DNA of 64,000 nt. Source: Spirochaetia bacterium. Lineage in GTDB: Bacteria; Spirochaetota; Spirochaetia; CADAEX01. The notes beneath the pieces are model-generated. The model ran no database searches. It worked only from the letters and a program-made list of their open reading frames with translations, and had not been told where the DNA came from. The stretch's first letter is position 1, and the number at the start of each line of letters is the position of its first letter. The position numbers were made by a program, and so were the translations under genes. The stretch is taken from contig JAZURI010000002.1 of NCBI GenBank assembly GCA_045606105.1, positions 192,001 to 256,000 on the forward strand, given 5' to 3'. Below, in pieces: positions 59,477-64,000 of the stretch.

Positions 59477-59926
59477 ATGAGCAATGATGAAAAGGTAAAG
59501 ACACTTCTTGTCAACAAGAAGGCAAGATTCAATTTTTTTATAGAAGAGACCATTGAATGCGGTATCGAGCTTCAGGGAACCGAGGTCAAGTCCCTGCGGG
59601 AAAACCGTTTTTCCTTCGGCGATTCCTATGCCAGGATAAAGGACAACCAGCTCTGGCTGATAGCTCTCCATATTTCACCCTACACCTTCGGAAACCTGAA
59701 CAACCATGATCCCGACCGGGACAGGAAGCTTCTGGTTCATAAGGAAGAGATCCGCAAGCTGAGAAAAAAGGTGGAGGAAAAGGGATTTACCCTGGTTCCT
59801 GTCCGGCTTTATCTCAAAAACGGCCTGATCAAGGTGGAACTTGGTATCTGCAGAGGTAAGAAGCTTTTTGACAAGAGAGAAACAATAAAGCAGAGAGATC
59901 TTGAAAGAAGCGGACGGGATTACTGA
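59477..59926 (+). CDS. smpB: SsrA-binding protein SmpB
   Basis: NKKARFNF, GIELQGTEVKSLR, RKLLVHKEEI, GKKLFDKRE. Confidence 0.97.
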   Translation: MSNDEKVKTLLVNKKARFNFFIEETIECGIELQGTEVKSLRENRFSFGDSYARIKDNQLWLIALHISPYTFGNLNNHDPDRDRKLLVHKEEIRKLRKKVEEKGFTLVPVRLYLKNGLIKVELGICRGKKLFDKRETIKQRDLERSGRDY

Positions 59927-60474
59927 TTTTTTCCGAAAGGAAAGAAATAAAGCTCCCTGTAAACAAGGGCGCCCCTTTCCCTGATGCTCTCCATCAGCGA
60001 AATACCCTTTGCTTCAGACAGAAAACTGAAAGCCCCCAGCTCCTGAACCACATGTGAGAACTCATCCCTGAAATTGACTTTTCGCCCCAGGGTTATATGT
60101 GCCTTGAAGGGTTTTTCTTCCTTGGGTATTCCTATTGAAAAAAGCTCATCCTCAACAATATCGGCCAGATTCCACAGCTCTTTTCTTCCCCTGTCTATAC
60201 CTACCCAAAGTACGGAACCTTCGTTTCTTCTGAAAACACCCGGCTTGTACGGGGAAATCCTGAAAGGGGCGGTTACCGAGGCACTTTTTTCAAGGGCCCT
60301 GCATATAGGCCTGACAGCTTCCGGCTCAACCTCGCCGAAAAACCTGACAGTTATGTGATAATTGCTTTTTGAAGAGAAATTGCCCGACAGTGCGGCCTCC
60401 CTGAAACGGTTACGGTATTCATGTATCCTTTCCAGAGTATCCTTGTCAAACAGTACGGCAGCAAAGAGTCTCAT
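59920..60474 (-). CDS. thpR: RNA 2',3'-cyclic phosphodiesterase (2H family)
   Basis: Start MRLFAAV; two HxT motifs (YHITVRFFG and AHITLGR). Confidence 0.9.
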   Translation of the reverse strand: MRLFAAVLFDKDTLERIHEYRNRFREAALSGNFSSKSNYHITVRFFGEVEPEAVRPICRALEKSASVTAPFRISPYKPGVFRRNEGSVLWVGIDRGRKELWNLADIVEDELFSIGIPKEEKPFKAHITLGRKVNFRDEFSHVVQELGAFSFLSEAKGISLMESIRERGALVYRELYFFPFGKNQ

Positions 60475-60475
60475 G

Positions 60476-61585
60476 TCAGAACTTGAAGTTGAAGCCCATG
60501 ACAGGCACAAGCTTCTTGTCATCCAGACGGTCCTCGGTAAGAGGTGATGCAATATAAAGGGTCACAGCCAGGGAATCCATGAAGGAGCCGAGAACACCCA
60601 CACCTGTAGTACAGAGCAGGTTTCCTGTGGCACCGTCCAGAATCTCATAATATCCCACATCAAAGAATGCTATGGTGCTGAATCTTATATAAGTCTTTTC
60701 ATGAAGGAATGTAAGAGGAATCTTTTTCATAAGAAGACGGAATTCACTTCTGTTTGCAATCTTGAATTCAGAGTCAAAACGGTAATTTTCATATCCTCTG
60801 ATGAGACCTCCCAAGGAAGCTGTAGGTGAAAGGGATGTCATGTTCTTTCTGGCATAAAGGGTGACATTGTCCCCGAACATATAGTCTGCCAGAGTGGAGT
60901 TACCGAAATAGAGACAGGAAAACATGCTGTCATCGCTGAAATCATGCAGAGGCAGGAAGAACTTGAAATTGAAGGAGAATTTGCTGAAATCTGCATTTCC
61001 CACAATATCGTTGCCGAAGGCTTCGGGTGCGTATTCATAGCTCAGGCTTGTGAAGAAGCCGCTTCTCATTCCGCTTTCCTTCTCCTTGATGACATTGTCC
61101 ATGGCAAGCTCGAAAATAATTGAATTCTGGAGTATTCCATCCTTGTCGTTGACCATGGAATTGAAGATGACCTGATCCGGTCTCTGTTCATGGTACCATT
61201 CCCTTACGCCCTTGTAGTAGGCTGAAACATATACCAGGTCTGTTGCTTTTCTTGGATCATCAATAAGCCCCTGGGAAAAGCCGAAGCCCCAGTTAAGGTT
61301 ATAGGCCCAGTAATTGATGTCATCGTAGTCCGATACCTCTTCGTTGCTGTTATCATCCTGAAGGTCACGGTAATAACCGCGCTGTGAAGCCCGGCCTCCC
61401 AGAAGGAGCCAGAAAATGCTGTCTCTGTCTTCAAGTAACGAAATCCCGTTGTAGCCGGCTGCGGTATTGATACCCCATGGCTTGAGACTGCTCATGAAAA
61501 CCCAGTCTCCCGTTCTCATGGATGCAGCCGGCAGAAAAGATGCCGCCAGCATAAAGGCAAGTACAAATATCAGTTTCTTCTTCAT
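60476..61585 (-). CDS. Omp85-superfamily-like outer-membrane beta-barrel without POTRA domains
   Basis: Signal peptide; LGGLIRGY (VRGY lid-lock), FFDVG (FxDxG), C-terminal FNFKF beta-signal. Confidence 0.65.
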   Translation of the reverse strand: MKKKLIFVLAFMLAASFLPAASMRTGDWVFMSSLKPWGINTAAGYNGISLLEDRDSIFWLLLGGRASQRGYYRDLQDDNSNEEVSDYDDINYWAYNLNWGFGFSQGLIDDPRKATDLVYVSAYYKGVREWYHEQRPDQVIFNSMVNDKDGILQNSIIFELAMDNVIKEKESGMRSGFFTSLSYEYAPEAFGNDIVGNADFSKFSFNFKFFLPLHDFSDDSMFSCLYFGNSTLADYMFGDNVTLYARKNMTSLSPTASLGGLIRGYENYRFDSEFKIANRSEFRLLMKKIPLTFLHEKTYIRFSTIAFFDVGYYEILDGATGNLLCTTGVGVLGSFMDSLAVTLYIASPLTEDRLDDKKLVPVMGFNFKF

Positions 61586-62694
61586 GACAATATTTTCTTC
61601 AAAGCCTCGATAAACAGGACATTTTCACGGTGCTGTCCCACGGTTACCCTGATGCAGGTCGGAAATCCATAGCTGGCGGCAGGGCGGATTATTATCCCCT
61701 GCTTCAGAAGACGGTCGGCAGTTTCCCTGCAGTCCCGGCCCACATCAATAAGGATATAGTTGGTATGGCTCTCAAAATAACTGAGTTCCATCTCCTCAAG
61801 CTCATTGTAGATATAACGCTTTTCCTCTGCTGTGCTGTTTACGGTCTCGTTATAGAATTCCTCGTCCAGAAGTGCTTCTCCGGCCAGGTTTTCGGCAATG
61901 ATGGAAAGATCGAAAGGGGGCTTTACCCTGGAAATAAGGGAAATGAGTCCGGGATCTCCTACCCCGTAGCCTATTCTTACCCCTGCAAGCCCGTATACCT
62001 TTGAAAAGGTCCTGAGAACAAAGAGGTTCTTCATTCCTCCCTTGATAAGCTCCACCGACCTTATATTCATCCTTTCATCGGTAAAATCAATATAGGCCTC
62101 ATCCAGGAAAACAAAAATATTTTCCGGCACCTTCTCAAGGAATGCCTTAAGCTCCGCCGGGTCAAGACAGAGTCCTGTCGGGTTGTTTGGGTTACATATA
62201 TATATTATCTTGGTTTTCGGTGTTATTCTGGAAAAGATGTCTTCCAGGTCTATCCTGTTGTCCTTCATGGGTGAGAAGACCGGAACAGCGTGCATGATCC
62301 TGGTAATTGTCTCGTAGACGGCAAAGGTTACCTCAGGAATGATGGTTTCGTCACCGGGATTCAGTACAGCCATTCCCATATTGTAGATAATGCCGTCCCC
62401 GCCGTTGCTGAGGGTTATGTATTCAGGTCCGCAGCCCAGCTTTCCTGCAAAGATATCCAGAAGCTCACTGTTATGTATTTCGGGATATACATGAAGGGAA
62501 CCGGCCAGCTCCATGTATCTCTTCACGGCACGGTGGGATGCCCCCCTTGGGTTTTCATTGGAGGCCATCTTGAAGACCTCATCCAGCTTTATTTCCTTAA
62601 GGGCCTGCTTTACAGACTTTCCGGGTACATAGGGCTTGATAGGAAGAATTCCCTCATTAGCAAGTTTTAAAAAATCCATTATTTTTCCAGACAA
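61582..62694 (-). CDS. hisC: Histidinol-phosphate aminotransferase
   Basis: PYVPGK, ASNENP, CNPNNPTG, LDEAY, RTFSKVYGLAGVRIGY; start may be ATG 62679. Confidence 0.92.
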   Translation of the reverse strand: MSGKIMDFLKLANEGILPIKPYVPGKSVKQALKEIKLDEVFKMASNENPRGASHRAVKRYMELAGSLHVYPEIHNSELLDIFAGKLGCGPEYITLSNGGDGIIYNMGMAVLNPGDETIIPEVTFAVYETITRIMHAVPVFSPMKDNRIDLEDIFSRITPKTKIIYICNPNNPTGLCLDPAELKAFLEKVPENIFVFLDEAYIDFTDERMNIRSVELIKGGMKNLFVLRTFSKVYGLAGVRIGYGVGDPGLISLISRVKPPFDLSIIAENLAGEALLDEEFYNETVNSTAEEKRYIYNELEEMELSYFESHTNYILIDVGRDCRETADRLLKQGIIIRPAASYGFPTCIRVTVGQHRENVLFIEALKKILS

Positions 62695-62699
62695 AAAAA

Positions 62700-63122
62700 T
62701 TATTTAATAAATTCCGGAAGTTCGAGAATGATGTTCCTGAGTTTCTTGTTCCTGACCATTTCCGATGCTTCCTGAACCGTATGCCACTCCCTGAGACGGA
62801 GCATGTCTTCAGGCCATCTGTCCAGCACTTCGGTTACCTCCATGGCAAACACCTTGATCCTGCATTTGCCTCCCCATTTGTGCATGGAATACTTTCCGAT
62901 GGAGGGCTTCCTGATAAGACCTTTTATACCGGCCTCCTCATATGCCTCCTTCAGTGCGGAATCGGAGGAAGAATACTGAGAATCGACAAGTCCCTTGGGA
63001 ATGCTCCACTTGTCCCTTTTCTTGTTTGTAATGATGAGAATCTCTAAGTTGTCTCCCTTTTTCCTGTAGGGCAGAACGCCGGACTGGAGATAGAGGGGTG
63101 CGATTTCAGCCTGTTCTTTCAT
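62700..63122 (-). CDS. NUDIX hydrolase
   Basis: WSIPKG...SALKEAYEEAG Nudix box. Confidence 0.9.
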   Translation of the reverse strand: MKEQAEIAPLYLQSGVLPYRKKGDNLEILIITNKKRDKWSIPKGLVDSQYSSSDSALKEAYEEAGIKGLIRKPSIGKYSMHKWGGKCRIKVFAMEVTEVLDRWPEDMLRLREWHTVQEASEMVRNKKLRNIILELPEFIK

Positions 63123-63171
63123 AATTTAAAGATATATATAAAATACCAAAAATGCAATGTTTTAATAAAAA

Positions 63172-63202
63172 TAAAATGGCAGTCCCTGAATGAACTGCCT
63201 TT
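63172..63202 (-). terminator. Intrinsic terminator
   Basis: Minus strand GGCAGTTC-ATTCAG-GGACTGCC then ATTTTATTTTT. Confidence 0.65.
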
Positions 63203-63233
63203 CAAAACTTTGATATATCTGTTTCAGACGAAA

Positions 63234-63428
63234 TCAGAGAGCTGCAACCTGTTCCTTCATTTTTCCATGAGCAACAGCAGCCTTGCAGTCTTTACAGATT
63301 TTTACTTTCTTTGAATTAGCTTCAAATTCATAAACTGTCTTGATTCCTGTTCTCTTGCAGATAGGACATTCACCTCTTCCATTGTTTGGAAGCTCTCTCA
63401 TTCCTGTTCCTCTGTGTGCTTTTGACAT
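63234..63428 (-). CDS. Small basic zinc-ribbon protein of unknown function
   Basis: CPIC and CKDC pairs, Lys/Arg-rich; AAGGAG SD and own terminator. Confidence 0.8.
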   Translation of the reverse strand: MSKAHRGTGMRELPNNGRGECPICKRTGIKTVYEFEANSKKVKICKDCKAAVAHGKMKEQVAAL

Positions 63429-63543
63429 TGTATACTCCTTGGATGCTATTCTACATTAAATCATACTTTTTTGTCTACACATAAGCAGAGTAAAAAGTGA
63501 AGTATACTTGACCAAAACCCTCCCTCCGCTTTAAATTAATAAT

Positions 63544-64000
63544 ATGAATTCCAACAAGGGACGATTCTGGATAATTTTCTTCATAACTGCAGCCTTTCTC
63601 TGCGCCGTCATCTGCGGCGGTCTTCTGGGAACTCTCTATGCCCTGAACAGGAATGTCCACAACATAGGTCTCATTTCGGAATTCAAGCCTGCCATTCCCT
63701 CCACCCTCCTGGATGTGAACGGAGAGGTCATCACCGAATTCTTCTCTGACGAAAAAAGGGACATCATTCCGGTGGACGAGCTTCCCAAAGAGCTTATCTA
63801 CTCCATCATCACCAGGGAGGACAAGGATTTCTTCAATCACAAGGGCTTCAGCTTCAAGGGAACCTTCAGGGCTGCATTCAATATTCTTGCGGGACGCTAT
63901 GTTTCGGGAGGAAGCACCATAACCCAGCAGGTGGCGGGAACCAACTATTCGGACAGATCGGAAAAAACCATAAAAAGAAAGCTTGTGGAGCTCTGGTGGG
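63544..64000 (+). CDS. Penicillin-binding protein 1A family (transglycosylase part); runs off the right edge
   Basis: ATG 63544: MNSNKGRFWIIFF (TM)...TREDKDFFNHKG...GGSTITQQVA...IKRKLVEL transglycosylase motifs. Confidence 0.92.
   Translation, partial: MNSNKGRFWIIFFITAAFLCAVICGGLLGTLYALNRNVHNIGLISEFKPAIPSTLLDVNGEVITEFFSDEKRDIIPVDELPKELIYSIITREDKDFFNHKGFSFKGTFRAAFNILAGRYVSGGSTITQQVAGTNYSDRSEKTIKRKLVELWW

Noticed and set aside
1-64000. CRISPR array, IS elements, prophage, alternative genetic code
   Set aside because: No periodic repeats, transposases or phage genes seen; conserved genes are full length under code 11.

Overview
Bacterial chromosomal segment, very probably from a spirochaete (Spirochaetales-type gene set and order: TP0733-like OMP, alpha2-type GlyRS, folP-cdaA-cdaR-truA, tandem lepB genes next to hemW, PEGA/SUMF1 gene before smpB). 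It is mostly housekeeping backbone: yebC-ruvCAB-queA, gltX-glyQS-tyrS, tRNA-Phe, infC-rpmI-rplT, zapB/zapA with a downstream 6S RNA, priA, trkAH, valS-proS-proCAB, fumC, smpB, hisC and a PBP1A. Interspersed are accessory genes: a cobalamin-riboswitch-controlled TonB-dependent receptor plus tonB, an isolated hydG, a SpoIIE/RsbW partner-switching pair, and a block at about 43.8-53.3 kb (AlsT symporter, frameshifted MATE, radical SAM, macrodomain-HTH fusion, EFR1 flavodoxin/ferredoxin, vWA, DUF3793, GNAT). I see no transposase, integrase, phage gene or CRISPR array. The most notable signals are: (1) a macrodomain-HTH protein with a GTCGCA-N5-TGCGAC palindrome at an activator-like position before a vWA gene, a candidate ADP-ribose-responsive regulon; (2) repeated leaderless promoters with the ATG 6-7 nt after the -10 box; (3) a ~150-nt switch-like leader before hydG; (4) a tonB that appears to need a non-canonical CTG start; (5) a signal peptidase paralogue lacking the catalytic serine. 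All family calls are by motif recognition; no database search was run.
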